Origin: a virus
IMG/VR virus record: IMGVR_UViG_3300046170_000433
Coordinates: 1-64,000 of that record
Strand: one strand, 5' to 3'
Length of the DNA: 64,000 bases
In this document: positions 41,368 through 52,979 of the stretch, piece after piece
Layout: each line of letters starts with the position of its first letter
How positions within the stretch are numbered: the stretch's first letter is position 1
Notes under the pieces: model-generated
Seen by the model: only the letters and a program-made list of their open reading frames with translations
The model's database searches: none
Told to the model about the DNA's origin: nothing
Program-made: the position numbers and the translations under genes

Positions 41368-43965
41368 TCAAAGTAAGGCTGGTATTAAATTTGTGTTCTT
41401 CTTAACAGCAGGGATTTGGTCTGTGTTAGTTTTGATTGGTGTAAGTGCTGATTCGATTGGGGCTGGAATGAATTGTATCGAACTCTCCCGTTTCTTGACG
41501 TAATTGGCTGCATTACCTGCGCACGACTGATTGCTCATCGTTACGAGATACGAGTTACCCAAGGTTCACTAACGTTGAACAATATTCTGGATAGTGAGAG
41601 TCATTCACGGCTGTATTCACTTGGTAGTTGACGCGGGCTGTTTGATTGCGGTAATTCCACCCAAACATTGGCGAATGCCTTCTTGTGTAGTTACTGATTT
41701 TCTACATATCGAGGCTTAGATTTCCACGAAATCGCATTAACATCTGCATCGTCTACATCCGACGCTGAACAGTAGAAAGACAGCAGTCGAGTGTTGATAC
41801 CGAACGACCATCTATGCCGTTGCCTATTGTAACCTACAGCATCTAATTGCTGAGATACCTTAAATGAGAATCCAGATGCTGATGCAATCGCTGTAGCCTC
41901 AAATGGGAGATATGCGGTAACTCCATTCTGCCTAGTAACTCTAAGCCTAATCTCGTCTCCTATGGTAACTTCAACGCCTTCGGTATACTCGGCAGAGTAA
42001 GTGGTTGCATTAACTGAACCATTAAAGATTTCAGCATCTGCGGTTACATTGTAAAGCTGTACGCGACTATGCTGAATAAGACCACTTATATTATACTGAA
42101 GAGTTGCCCTAGTCCCCGAAGAGTCGGTGATCTCACCCAAGACAACTGCATTATTGAGCGTGGTCACTAAGCCGGTGGAGGTTAAGTTACCTGCAAAGGA
42201 AGATGCCTTAATCGTGATGGTTGTTCCGCTAATAGCGAACGCAGAAGAAGCATTTGCATCGATATCCAAATTAAAAGAACCAAGGTTAATTTCATTTCCT
42301 GACCTCGATACAATGGTTGATACTTCACCTGCGTAGTTATCCACGAGGTATGACTTTGCTCGGTCGTAAAACTTCTGAGGTGTATCAATCTCGGTATAGG
42401 CATCAACTGTATCTTTGTCTGATTCCGTGAGTGTTAAATCAGGTTGCAAGACAACATCAATTTCCGACCCATCTGCACCTCGCAAAGCAATTTCGGTAGA
42501 AAATATATTTCTATCGTAGTTTATAATTCCATAATCAAATATGTCATCGGTATAAGGTTGATTGTAATAATATTTCTTAGGATTTTTCCCTCGACTCCTA
42601 ACCCATCCATTAACATCTCCCTGTGGTGAATACCCTTCACCTATTAAAACTTCAAACTCGGCAACCTCGCCATTTGAGTCAGTTGTTTTTTCATAAGTTC
42701 GCTGAGTGGTAGCAGGATTAGTATCAAAATTAGTGAGGGTATGACTAGGTGATCTAAATAATTCTATAGCATCTGTAAAAGTATTACCTAGTAAATTCCA
42801 ATCTGCTACATCTGGTTGGGAGTAGTTATTTGATTTGGTGGATTTGTAGTAATTTCCACTATAGACAACATAATTATTTCCACCATATTTTTTACCCTGC
42901 ACCCAATTGAGAACATTGGTTCTAGTTATGTAAAGCGTTCCGCTATCTGTCACATAATCCCCTTGTGACAACTCTCCAAAAGAAAATGCAGTAGCTAAGT
43001 TTGTTACAGTCACGAGGTCAGCATTTGCTAATGATGCGTCATCTTTTAAGTAAAACTTTGCGCCTGCTATTGGATTATACTGATCATCAACAGTTTTAAT
43101 TTTTAAGGTTTGGGTAACTTCTAAAGATCCTGCTGAATAATTTGTTGAAGAATTATTTAAGTGATTTGCCCAAAGGAATCTTGTTCCATTAATCGCATTC
43201 CTTACTCCAGTTTTCCACCCTCCAAATTGAGAAATGTCTGCCCTTGCACCAGTATCGGAATCGAGCTTTTCAATAATTTGAAACACATTTGATTCATTAT
43301 TAAAGGAATCCCTAGCACCATAAATTTGTACATTGCTAATAGTTGGATTTCCCGCTCTAAAAGTAATACCACTTGTGCCACTAGCATACATCTTACAATC
43401 CACCATCTCGGTGGTATTTGAAATATTAAATTGTATGTCTCCATCGTTCCCAATTTTATCAATGATGCAGTTCTCAAATCTTACACTCCCAGTGATTGTT
43501 GCTGAAAACTCACCTCTAAAATTGACACCAATGAAATTACTTTTTCCATTGGAATTATTATCAATCCTTAAAGCTTTAGAGTTCCACCCCATACCAGACC
43601 CTTCGATGGCATAAATGATGTCACCCACTTCAGGATTAAATGAAAATCCATTTTCAGTCTGTGGACTTTTTAATTGGAGTGTGCCCGTATTTTTTACATA
43701 CAGTCTATCCTTATGTCCTGTGCCTTTGAATATCCAAATCTGTCTACCAAAATCAATATCTAGGTCACCCTCAATGTGGAGTGCATTCCCACCAAAATCC
43801 ACAATTTTAAAAGTGCTATGAGATTGATCTCCGACTGTAGTTACATTTACTGAACTGATACCCTCCATCGCAGTTAAAAAAGATGCAGTATCATCAGTTC
43901 CACTTTGTGTAATTTTAGGGTAGGTATTACCTGCTATAACTAAATGTGCCTTCTGTGAAACTCAT
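41368..43965 (-). CDS. Tail spike-like beta-rich protein, frameshifted at both ends
   Basis: Main ORF 41691-43868; beta-helix-like N-terminal half; start ATG 43965 overlaps the upstream stop. Confidence 0.6.
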
Positions 43966-44309
43966 GCGAAATCCTTTGTTACAGACTCTAAGTTTCCCGA
44001 TGAGTCATAGGTGATGTTTTTGGTTAGATGCACTGCATCATTCTCATCTTTCTCTACCACTTGAGTGAGCAAACCACTAGCATACGTAAACGCCTTACTA
44101 CTAACTAATGTAAGCTTCTGGTTGTTCGTCCAAGTTGTCATGGCAGTCAACACTCCATCTGTGAATGTCGATTCTGTATAATTATCCGATGGATCGGGGT
44201 GGGTGTGGCTATCGCCACCTCCACCTCCGCCACCAGAGTTTATCTGCGCCTCAAGTTCCTTGATCTTAGAACCCAGCTTATCGCCAATCTGGGCTAAGAT
44301 GTCAGTCAT
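43962..44309 (-). CDS. Tail-associated protein
   Basis: DILAQIG N-terminal motif, poly-Gly hinge, YD-like C-terminus (ITYDSSGNL). Confidence 0.75.
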   Translation of the reverse strand: MTDILAQIGDKLGSKIKELEAQINSGGGGGGGDSHTHPDPSDNYTESTFTDGVLTAMTTWTNNQKLTLVSSKAFTYASGLLTQVVEKDENDAVHLTKNITYDSSGNLESVTKDFA

Positions 44310-45235
44310 TAGGCTATAGCAGTATTAAATGCAGACTCGAAAGTAGAGTAATCACCAAGTGGTGTAGTATTTACTACAAGACCATTTGCGTTAGGCACGG
44401 TACAAATACCTGTAACATTACCTGTGACATTACCCGTAACATTTCCAGTCAGATTCGCAGTAACGGTTGCAGCAGTAAGATTAGCTGCAGCTGTGCCAAG
44501 CTTCAACTCCCAGGTGCTTTCGTCATTGTCCCAAATAAGACCAGCTTTAGGATTTGGATCGTCATTAACATCATTACCTCTGTTAACATTGAATCCACCT
44601 GTTGATGCAGTAACAGAACCATCAGAAGCCAAGTTAACCTCAATGGTATTGTCGGCTACACTAACCTCAGTTGAACTAACTGTGGTAGTTGTTCCTTGCA
44701 CGGTGAGGTCACCTGTAATTGTGACTGCTCCAGAAATTGTACCACCAGCTTTGTCGTACTTGTCATTTGTAAGACTAGTAATGTTTCCTGCATTAGTAGA
44801 AATGTTAGTGGCATTAGTTCCAATCTGAGCATCAAGCAGAGAATCTGCTTCAGCTAAGCTTTGAGCCTCATCAATGTAATTTGAATTTGTTTCAGCAATG
44901 TAAGTGCCATTAGCATTCAATCCTGATGCAGTCTCAATCGTATTAATTGCAGCAGCATTTGTGGAGACTCCGTCTGCATTTGCTTTCGCTTGTGCATCAA
45001 GTTTATTGTCTGCATCAGCCAATGATGATGCTGCTGATAGATAGTTACTAGACGTTGGTGCAGTATAAGTGCCATCAGCACCTAACCCTGCCCCTGTCTG
45101 GGTGGTATTTACTTCGCCTTGAAGTACACCTAACTCTGCTTTTGTAGCAAAGTCATTCGTTATTGAGCTTTCAAGAGACTTTATTTGCCCCCCGACTTTC
45201 TCACCTATTTTTCCTAATATATCTGTAGCTGGCAT
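44309..45235 (-). CDS. Tail fibre-like protein
   Basis: ITGDLTVQGTTTTV, GNVT repeats, duplicated GLxAxGTY...SNY...SLAxAD. Confidence 0.8.
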   Translation of the reverse strand: MPATDILGKIGEKVGGQIKSLESSITNDFATKAELGVLQGEVNTTQTGAGLGADGTYTAPTSSNYLSAASSLADADNKLDAQAKANADGVSTNAAAINTIETASGLNANGTYIAETNSNYIDEAQSLAEADSLLDAQIGTNATNISTNAGNITSLTNDKYDKAGGTISGAVTITGDLTVQGTTTTVSSTEVSVADNTIEVNLASDGSVTASTGGFNVNRGNDVNDDPNPKAGLIWDNDESTWELKLGTAAANLTAATVTANLTGNVTGNVTGNVTGICTVPNANGLVVNTTPLGDYSTFESAFNTAIA

Positions 45236-45247
45236 TGTTTGTAGTAG

Positions 45248-45496
45248 TTAGTTAGAATTTCTGTGTAAATCGTAATTAAGTCCGAAGGTAACTTCGTTTC
45301 CGTATTCTGCTCTTATTGAATCAAGCCCTGCCTGATCCATGTAGTCCAAGTCATTCCAGTTATTGAATCCGTCACCTACCTTCATTCTCTTATTGGTTAG
45401 GTCTAGGCCTATTTCGCCCTGTCGTAGGGCGGGATTGATGGATTCCCATTGCTCCGCAGTATCGCGCCTTTGCAAGATGCGTCTTAATTCTGCCAT
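45248..45496 (-). CDS. Mtd-N / hyaluronidase N-terminal-like domain protein
   Basis: QRRDTAEQW...NP.L.QGEIG...KVGDG...WNDL; start MAELR at 45496 after GGAGGAG. Confidence 0.8.
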   Translation of the reverse strand: MAELRRILQRRDTAEQWESINPALRQGEIGLDLTNKRMKVGDGFNNWNDLDYMDQAGLDSIRAEYGNEVTFGLNYDLHRNSN

Positions 45497-45741
45497 TATG
45501 CTCCTCCTCCATCGATATCCAATACCTCCAAGTGTACGGTGTCCGCAACGCCACCATCTATTACAGCCCCGATCAATTCGGGTGGCTCTGCAATCCATTG
45601 GTTCGTAAGACTGTTGTACTGGAGTACACCTAGGTTAACTGGGTTCGGGTTTACATCTAATAAACTCAGCAGAGTCTTATCGGCTATTTGCTTCTTAACT
45701 TGTGCAAGCCTTCTGCCTATCTCTGTGAGTATATTCTGCAT
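45496..45741 (-). CDS. Small tail-associated protein
   Basis: NILTEIG N-terminal motif, LxDV, LQYN...W and IDGG motifs. Confidence 0.75.
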   Translation of the reverse strand: MQNILTEIGRRLAQVKKQIADKTLLSLLDVNPNPVNLGVLQYNSLTNQWIAEPPELIGAVIDGGVADTVHLEVLDIDGGGA

Positions 45742-45751
45742 CTCGTATATT

Positions 45752-45773
45752 GTAACCTATTTATATATGTAAC
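45752..45773. promoter_or_regulatory. 22-bp palindromic motif
   Basis: GTAACCTA-TTTATA-TATGTAAC, 10 nt before minus-strand ATG 45741. Confidence 0.75.
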
Positions 45774-45785
45774 GCACTAAGAAAA

Positions 45786-46280
45786 TTATTGCAATGCAGC
45801 AAGAAAGTCCTCGAGTGCTTTTTCAGCATCGAAGGTAGATGTATCTCTTTGGGTTATCACAATGTCTGCCCCTGCACTAGGTGCATTTGTAAATGTTAAT
45901 GTGTTTCCGGCTAAACTCACTTGGTAGTCAGATAGTGGATCCTGAACCAAACCATTAATGCTCACATCGTAGTTTGCTTCAGAGTCACTAGTCATATCAA
46001 AGCCTACAGTATATGAGGTTACCCCAGTGGCAGTTATTTGATCTGTAGGCATTACAGAGGAATCATCCTGCAAATCTGTTATCTGATCTTGTATCTCATT
46101 AAATTGCTCAGAGTTTCGATAAATGGATAAGTCCACAACTCTTTCAAGCTCTACTGCATCTTGCTTACGATTTACTTTCTCAGTTAATCTTGTAAGCACT
46201 TCAGGTAAATTGTTTTGACCCTCCTTAAATGCTACATTCATTTCGTAGCGAACACGACCACTCTGTTTCCTACGAGCCAC
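45786..46280 (-). CDS. Virion structural protein
   Basis: VSINGLVQDP..DY...LTFTNAP..GADI beta-sandwich motif common in tail proteins. Confidence 0.8.
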   Translation of the reverse strand: MARRKQSGRVRYEMNVAFKEGQNNLPEVLTRLTEKVNRKQDAVELERVVDLSIYRNSEQFNEIQDQITDLQDDSSVMPTDQITATGVTSYTVGFDMTSDSEANYDVSINGLVQDPLSDYQVSLAGNTLTFTNAPSAGADIVITQRDTSTFDAEKALEDFLAALQ

Positions 46281-48648
46281 TTTGTACTACCTCCGATGTC
46301 AGCTTGGTTCTTACACCTGAAACCTCTACAGTTCTACCTAATATTTTGAATGGCTGGTCTATACCTCTGAGGGTAATCACATCCTGGAAGTAATTACCCT
46401 GTGCAAATAATGGTATCATAACCTCATTACTTAAATCCTCCAGCTCTTGCTCTACTTCCTCAACCTCGGTTTGCTGGGTTGTGCTGAATGTAGATAGTTT
46501 TACATTAGCAATAACGGCGGTATCTGTGAACTCATCTTCAACATAACCACCAGCCACATAGGTAGAATAGTCAAATATGTCCGACATATGTAGTGCATAT
46601 GACCTCATTTTCTTCTCCGAAAACTTGTCTTGCAGGTCGGTTTTCCCAAACTTTAATGTACATGGATAATCTAATCCATTTCTAGAGAACTCTCTATATG
46701 GCCCACGATCCACTTCGCTTGAACCATATCCATATCTTACAATTCTTGCCCCATAAAAATAAGTCTTACCTGCCTCAGGAGTAAAGTTTTCTGAATCAAT
46801 AAACTTCTCAGGGGAGTAGGATATTGTGCCATCAGAATTAATAGTTTTAGCACATAGATGTGTACCCATTATAAATCTTCGACTATTGATGGCATCAGTA
46901 GGAAATAATGCAGTCATTGCAGTCATTGCAAAATCTACCTGGGAGATAGTGCCTTGTAGCAAATCGTAACCAATCATGCCCCAATCCAATACAAGCGAAG
47001 TTTGATCTGCCACATAACCTATCGGGGCAGTAGTTAAAATCTCTTGCGTCATTGGATTCTCAGCAGAATAAACATATTCGATTTCTGCATTAGATATAAG
47101 CCTCCAAAACTCAGGCCCATTCATATATTGTGGGAATGGGATAGGCTCTATAGATGCAGGGCTTACAACAAACACACCATTAAATCCGGCAAACATCTGT
47201 CGTTGCTCATCAATATTTATAACGGTGTGCCTAAAGTCTGCCACACGCTCACCCTTATATCTCTCCTCATAGTAGAAAGCAGTATACTTATCCCCTCTAC
47301 TTACAGAAAGATACCCAGTCTGTCTGTAAACCATCAACTTATCACCAAGCTTAGACATCCGTAAGATACGCGACCCATCCTCAGGGAAAGCAATTGAATC
47401 AGATGACTCTCTTACCATTTCAAGCTCTGGGCTAAAAGTGTCGGGTTCTTTAAGTAATATAAAACTAGCTTTATCACCAACAGTTACATTCTGTGTGCTA
47501 CCAGCTTGCTCATCTCCAGTACTTGTAACAACGCCATCCGAAGTGTTATTGTAAGCTCCTTGTAATACAATAAAGGTCTTACCCATTATCCAGTTCGAAT
47601 TTAAAGAAACAATATCTGCATCGTAAACCTTTGTTACTCCAAGTGAATCAGTTACTGTCATGCGTATTGAGTCGCCTGCAATAAATGTAGAATGCGAGTA
47701 ATCTAAAGCAGCTAACTCAGACTCTGTGAAGTAGTAATATGGATTATGTGTAAAACTCTCATATCCCGATGATCCTGTCTCACGAGTCCCACCAAGAGGA
47801 TAATCCAAAGTAAGGGTGATAATTGCACCATTACTCATTGCATGAACCTTAGCATCGTAGTTTTGCCCAAAAAGATTTGGCGCTGCCCTAGCCTCACGCT
47901 GATCATCCGCCAGCCTCCAGGATGAAAACTCTATTATGTGTGGGACTTTATAAGTTGTTACATAATCATCATAATCATAAAAGAACTCAGGGATGTCATA
48001 GGGAAAATTTGCAGCACCCATGAAATAACTGAAGTTATTTTCGATGGTTTCATCAAAGTACTCAACGTCAGCAATAAAAAGCCTACCATCAAACTCTGAT
48101 ATTGTGCCTACTCTAACAATGCCCCTCTCTCTAAGTGAGAATAATGGGAAAGCACAGGGCCAGCCGTCTCGGTAAAACAAAGGTAAATCTACACCATTAT
48201 TCATGATGCAATAACCATCAATAGTAACAACCTCCCAACGAGTTGCCTCTAGATTATATTTATTTGCGATGCCGTGCTTTGTAGAACTGTAGCCTATTTT
48301 GTCTAAATTAAATAGACCTTCGGCAATCAGTACCCACTCCTTGGTATCCTCTTTAAATCTGTATATTTTATCTCTACAAGCTGCAACCAGAACCTTTACA
48401 CCCTCTGACTCGAATTGATGTAACATACGAATAGGAGCATCAGAACTATCTAGCTTAGATACTTCTGATCCACCCACACTAAAGTTACTCCAACCCTCTC
48501 GTCTAACTTCCCCATCCGTTTCTCTGCGGAAGTTAATCTTCTCTACATAATTATTAGCACCAGCAGTATCTTGTGAATTAGATCCTGATATTAGGTTTCC
48601 ACCATCTGGCACCATCAATGAGTAGTGCTTGTATGCTTTTTTCGCCAT
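46270..48648 (-). CDS. Putative tail nozzle/stabilisation protein
   Basis: 792 aa beta-propeller-like sequence (NNGVDLP, FDGRLF) in a podovirus-type position. Confidence 0.65.
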   Translation of the reverse strand: MAKKAYKHYSLMVPDGGNLISGSNSQDTAGANNYVEKINFRRETDGEVRREGWSNFSVGGSEVSKLDSSDAPIRMLHQFESEGVKVLVAACRDKIYRFKEDTKEWVLIAEGLFNLDKIGYSSTKHGIANKYNLEATRWEVVTIDGYCIMNNGVDLPLFYRDGWPCAFPLFSLRERGIVRVGTISEFDGRLFIADVEYFDETIENNFSYFMGAANFPYDIPEFFYDYDDYVTTYKVPHIIEFSSWRLADDQREARAAPNLFGQNYDAKVHAMSNGAIITLTLDYPLGGTRETGSSGYESFTHNPYYYFTESELAALDYSHSTFIAGDSIRMTVTDSLGVTKVYDADIVSLNSNWIMGKTFIVLQGAYNNTSDGVVTSTGDEQAGSTQNVTVGDKASFILLKEPDTFSPELEMVRESSDSIAFPEDGSRILRMSKLGDKLMVYRQTGYLSVSRGDKYTAFYYEERYKGERVADFRHTVINIDEQRQMFAGFNGVFVVSPASIEPIPFPQYMNGPEFWRLISNAEIEYVYSAENPMTQEILTTAPIGYVADQTSLVLDWGMIGYDLLQGTISQVDFAMTAMTALFPTDAINSRRFIMGTHLCAKTINSDGTISYSPEKFIDSENFTPEAGKTYFYGARIVRYGYGSSEVDRGPYREFSRNGLDYPCTLKFGKTDLQDKFSEKKMRSYALHMSDIFDYSTYVAGGYVEDEFTDTAVIANVKLSTFSTTQQTEVEEVEQELEDLSNEVMIPLFAQGNYFQDVITLRGIDQPFKILGRTVEVSGVRTKLTSEVVQSGS

Positions 48649-50474
48649 TATGGGAAAATATATCCTGCTTGTGCATATGCTGTATTCTCAAGTGTCTCAA
48701 CTCTGTCGAGTAAACCTTGGTAGGCTGCAGTAAGACTATTATTAGATGCAACAAGATTATTATAAGTAGTCTGAAGGGTATCAAGATTAGACTGGAAAGT
48801 AACATCTTGCGCTTCAAGTGCAGTTGCCCTTGTTTCCAGAGCAGTTGCCCGACCCTCCACATTGGTAGCTCTTGTTTGCAGAGAAGTTATATCAGCATCA
48901 TTGCCCGTTATCTGATTCTGCAAGCCAGTTATATCATTATCTAAAGATGTATCCTTTGACTGCAATAAGCCAACAGATGACTCAAGGGCAGTCGCCCTAT
49001 TTTGTACTGCGGTAATATCTAAATCATTGCCGTCTATCTGTGTCTGTAGACCATTTACTTCAGCAGCAAGTGCCTCTGCAGCACCACTCTCGTTGGAGGT
49101 AATATGATCCTGTAACTCCTTAAGTGTGTTATATGCATCGCCTGCTCCATTGAGCAGTTCGTTTATCTCTGTGTCAGTATATGCCTTAGCATCTACCAAT
49201 GTCTGCGAGACATTTAAATTGGTAGTATCGATCTGTCCCTGCAATCCAGAGATGTCAGAGTCGAGTGATGTATCCTTTGCCTCAAGGTCAGTAGCTCTTG
49301 TCTCCAGTGAAGTAGCCCTTCCCTGCAAAGCTGCAACATCAACATCATTGGAAGATGTCTCTGCGAGAACCTCTGCTCTAACGGAAGCTAACTCTGTGAG
49401 GACATGCGATTGCGATGAGGCTATGGATGCAGTAGCATCTGCCCTAGCTTGATCAATATTACCCTGTAGCGTAATGCTACTAAGCTCGGCACTTACCCTA
49501 TTTGCTTCAACGGTACTATTCGTATTGCCAATCGAGACTTCTATTTCGGCTCTTGTAGATGCAATTAAAGACCTGACTGCATTGTCTTTCTCTATTTCCT
49601 CTGCTCTGACAGAACCCAAACTAACCTCTATTTCATTTACTGCTAGTGATACTATTGGTAGTACAATTCCTTGTACAGTTGGATTAAATAGACTGATTTG
49701 GTCTGTTCTCCATCTAGCTACATGAAACTTCTGATCTACCTCATCCTTGTCATAGAAGTTATCAAACAATGCAGCTTCCAAATTAAGGGTAACCTTATTC
49801 TGGTCGATCATTGCCTGTGTCTCAGCAGGTGTCATGAACAACTCGTCCAACCCTGATATTTCACTAGCTTGATGCCCATGCACTTCAGCTGCATACTTTG
49901 GCACATCATCGAGTGTAATAAAATTAGCTATTGAAACCTTCGTTGCATACTCGTTATGGAAATGCACCTCGGGTGCTTTAGAGTTTGCTAGCTCTTCTAG
50001 TTGAGTCTCTCTAGTATTTAAATCAGCAATTGTTGCGAAAGTGCTAGGTAGTTGATCGACCTTGTAATTAGTGTCATCCCACTTTGCATCAAGCATCACT
50101 TCGTGTGCATCAAAGTTTGCTTGCAATGTTGACATCTGAGTTGTCAGTTCTGCATCTTTTGCAACCCTCTCAGATGACATCTGTGTAATGCTTGCATTTA
50201 AGGTGTTAGATAGCACTGCGTCTGCATCTTGCATCTCTGCCGTAGATGGATGTGTACCCATGTAGTCATCTAGCTCTTGCTTTGTTTGGTCAGCTAGTGA
50301 TTGCAATGCTGCCATCGTTGTCTGTATAGCAGAAACAGATTCGCCGGAAGCCAATGCTCCGCTATTAACGTCATCTGTTAAGTGAGCTAAACTATCAATT
50401 AGTGTTGCAAAGGATGACTCACCAATTCTCTGACCAGCTGAGAAGGATGATTTTAACTGAGTGCGACTAGCCAT
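48648..50474 (-). CDS. Coiled-coil fibre protein
   Basis: RATxLE heptads, AKAYTD...DAYNTLKEL and HxH motifs; FATLIDS N-terminus. Confidence 0.8.
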   Translation of the reverse strand: MASRTQLKSSFSAGQRIGESSFATLIDSLAHLTDDVNSGALASGESVSAIQTTMAALQSLADQTKQELDDYMGTHPSTAEMQDADAVLSNTLNASITQMSSERVAKDAELTTQMSTLQANFDAHEVMLDAKWDDTNYKVDQLPSTFATIADLNTRETQLEELANSKAPEVHFHNEYATKVSIANFITLDDVPKYAAEVHGHQASEISGLDELFMTPAETQAMIDQNKVTLNLEAALFDNFYDKDEVDQKFHVARWRTDQISLFNPTVQGIVLPIVSLAVNEIEVSLGSVRAEEIEKDNAVRSLIASTRAEIEVSIGNTNSTVEANRVSAELSSITLQGNIDQARADATASIASSQSHVLTELASVRAEVLAETSSNDVDVAALQGRATSLETRATDLEAKDTSLDSDISGLQGQIDTTNLNVSQTLVDAKAYTDTEINELLNGAGDAYNTLKELQDHITSNESGAAEALAAEVNGLQTQIDGNDLDITAVQNRATALESSVGLLQSKDTSLDNDITGLQNQITGNDADITSLQTRATNVEGRATALETRATALEAQDVTFQSNLDTLQTTYNNLVASNNSLTAAYQGLLDRVETLENTAYAQAGYIFP

Positions 50475-50475
50475 A

Positions 50476-51211
50476 TTATCCTCCTAAAAGGAATCCTCCA
50501 CCTTGGTCGAGAGACTCGACTGGATTCTGTGTTGAAAGCACCTCGGGCTTATTAACGGCAATTTTCCGCCTTTCCCTTTGGTAATTTTGTAAGTTGGTCT
50601 GTGCTTGCGATGCGTCATCATTTACGTCCTTCATAAAATGATACTTCACAAAGTAGTGAACGGCCAAGGCCGCATCGTCACCTAAGTTGGTTTTATAAGA
50701 TTTTTGTTCTGCTGTAGCCTCAAATAAAGGTTTATATACATACTCTTGGTTATAAAGTATGCTTAATGTCTCATTATCACCTAAGACTGGAGCAGTATAA
50801 AATTGACCCCTGTCAAAACTAATCTTTCCAGGGTAAGTAGCTGATCTTTTAGAATGCCCACCATCAAATATTGTGTGCCTCTTGTACGCAGGGTAAATAT
50901 GAAGCCTATAATACTTTGATGTATCACCATCATCTTCTGGTAACTGCCTCAAGACTACATCGAGTATTCTTGCTGACTCTACATCGAATTGACCAATCAT
51001 ACATTGCTTTTCACCATGCAACTCTAGCTCATCCTTACTAAACGACTCTTCCATGGGAGTTGTTCGTAGCTCAGGGATATACGCCATAAGGTCACGAACG
51101 CCTGCTACGACCATACGATCACGGAACTTTTCTACTCCACGACCCTTTCTTAAACCATCGACTAGTAAGAGGTCATTGACCGTATCAGTTAAACTCTTGC
51201 CAAGTCTTCAT
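50476..51211 (-). CDS. Putative head-tail adaptor, frameshifted near 51190
   Basis: ATG 51211 (MKTWQEF) overlaps the upstream stop; the frame of ORF 50476-51114 is open up to about 51190. Confidence 0.55.
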
Positions 51212-51672
51212 TTCCGGCCTCCTGGGGTGAAGTAAAATCCAAGTACCATAGGGGCGAGAACGATCACGAAATAAGCGCTTAAATGTCCAGTGGTAACCAT
51301 AATGGCCTGCTGTTTAACAGGAAATGTGATGAGTCCAAAGAGGAACTCGGTTGCTCCTTCTCCTGTGGGGTTACTGAGGGTAATGATTTCTTGGCTGGGG
51401 AAAAGGGTGCAAAGTATGATTGTTGCCGACAAGGTGGAGACGAGGACGAGTGCGAGCAACCTCCTTGTGGCACGAGTGAAAGCCCCACCAGGACCGCTAT
51501 TAAGTTGTTCTTGAAATTTAAGTGCAAATTCATTTCCTCTAGCCTCCCTAGCTAATTCTAATTCAAATTTTTGTTGGCGACTATCAGCTACAGCACCAAA
51601 CACCCCTTTTAAAACTGAACCCAAAGCTGCTGAACCGCCAGCAGTAAAGAACATTGTTACTAGCTCGATCAT
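51208..51672 (-). CDS. Holin-like multi-transmembrane protein
   Basis: Three hydrophobic segments; TRR-LA and GFYF motifs as in 3-TM holins. Confidence 0.6.
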   Translation of the reverse strand: MIELVTMFFTAGGSAALGSVLKGVFGAVADSRQQKFELELAREARGNEFALKFQEQLNSGPGGAFTRATRRLLALVLVSTLSATIILCTLFPSQEIITLSNPTGEGATEFLFGLITFPVKQQAIMVTTGHLSAYFVIVLAPMVLGFYFTPGGRK

Positions 51673-52037
51673 CTATTAACTCCCTCCACCTTGTCTCTTA
51701 ACCTATCTAGCTCTTTCTCAAGGTACTTGAGTCTCTCGAATTGCTGATGGTCTGATGTGATCGGTGAATCTTGCATTTCAACTAAATGATCAAGGTCTGC
51801 CTTGGCTTGCTCAGTAAACTTCTCTATATGCATAACTCTTGCAGATAAATCGCCCAGAAGTGTAGACTCATGCTGTACCCTACCCATCTGCATCTCCATG
51901 CTAGACATTCGGTTTGTAAGCTCACCCCAAAGCCAGACCCCACTAGCCACCGCTAGAATTAGTTTCCCAGCAAAAGCAGCATTGGTTTTCAACTGAGTGG
52001 ACTCAGAAAAAGATGCCTCTGACTCATTTTTAGTCAT
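51669..52037 (-). CDS. Membrane-anchored coiled-coil protein
   Basis: One transmembrane helix followed by heptads. Confidence 0.7.
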   Translation of the reverse strand: MTKNESEASFSESTQLKTNAAFAGKLILAVASGVWLWGELTNRMSSMEMQMGRVQHESTLLGDLSARVMHIEKFTEQAKADLDHLVEMQDSPITSDHQQFERLKYLEKELDRLRDKVEGVNR

Positions 52038-52049
52038 CTTGCCCGAAAT

Positions 52050-52979
52050 CTATGATCTGTAGTAACCGCTTACCTGACCATCTACCTTAAACTCATCTAA
52101 GCTCTTAGTACAGAAATACTCCTTGGTTGTGCCTGCAATTAGGGTTTCACTAAAGTTATTAGCTTTGAAAACCTCGAACGAATCTATTTGTTGGACACCC
52201 CCACCTTCTGAAGCAAAACCTATTACATATGTGCTTAGGTTATCTATCTCGTCTAAAAGCCCTGCACCAATTGAGGTGTATGTCTCCCCTGATGCGATTA
52301 GAGATACAAACGCACCTGCTTCGTAGCGATCAACTTGGATGGTAAAATCACTATTTACACGTCGTATTATTGCTCTGTGCCAGACATTAAGCTGTATGTC
52401 AGCAGAAGAAGCTGGCTCGAACTCAGTTTCGCCAACACGCGCTTTTATGGATAGATCGGGTTTAATCCTAATAGCAGCAGCAGGGAAATTAATATCTATA
52501 CTAGCTTTCTTGGTGTAGACACCTAATGGCTGTAAATCATCCTGTATGCTTTTGATTTTAAATAATACGGTATAATTAAGCTCAGGTGATAAAGGTACAA
52601 CTGGTACAGTTGCATAAGCAGAAGATCCTGCTTCGTAACTTAACTCAACTACTTGGCTATCCCCAAAGGGTGTCGTTTGCATGTTAGTATCGATTCTAAC
52701 AGTGGGAGAATCAGGTGCGATACCAACGGTTTCTTCATCAAAGTACCTAGAGAAGACCAATACTTTTTGCTCGACCAGTATGTTATTACTAGTGGCATTT
52801 GTCATGCGAAATGACTTTGCAGTAATGGATGGCAAATGATCGTTATCAGCCTCGTAAGGCCCATGCACAGAAGGGTGTTGATTGACAAGCAAGTGGTTGT
52901 CCGTAACCCCGATTATAGGATTAAAATCTTCAGACGAATACTTGTCCCTCCCTATTGCATTTATGTTAACGGTATTCAT
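52050..52979 (-). CDS. Virion-associated beta-sandwich (LamG/ConA-like) protein
   Basis: LNVWHRAII motif, beta-rich. Confidence 0.55.
   Translation of the reverse strand: MNTVNINAIGRDKYSSEDFNPIIGVTDNHLLVNQHPSVHGPYEADNDHLPSITAKSFRMTNATSNNILVEQKVLVFSRYFDEETVGIAPDSPTVRIDTNMQTTPFGDSQVVELSYEAGSSAYATVPVVPLSPELNYTVLFKIKSIQDDLQPLGVYTKKASIDINFPAAAIRIKPDLSIKARVGETEFEPASSADIQLNVWHRAIIRRVNSDFTIQVDRYEAGAFVSLIASGETYTSIGAGLLDEIDNLSTYVIGFASEGGGVQQIDSFEVFKANNFSETLIAGTTKEYFCTKSLDEFKVDGQVSGYYRS

Noticed and set aside
37148-45496. Diversity-generating retroelement suggested by the Mtd-N-like domain
   Set aside because: No reverse transcriptase and no template/variable repeat pair seen in this window
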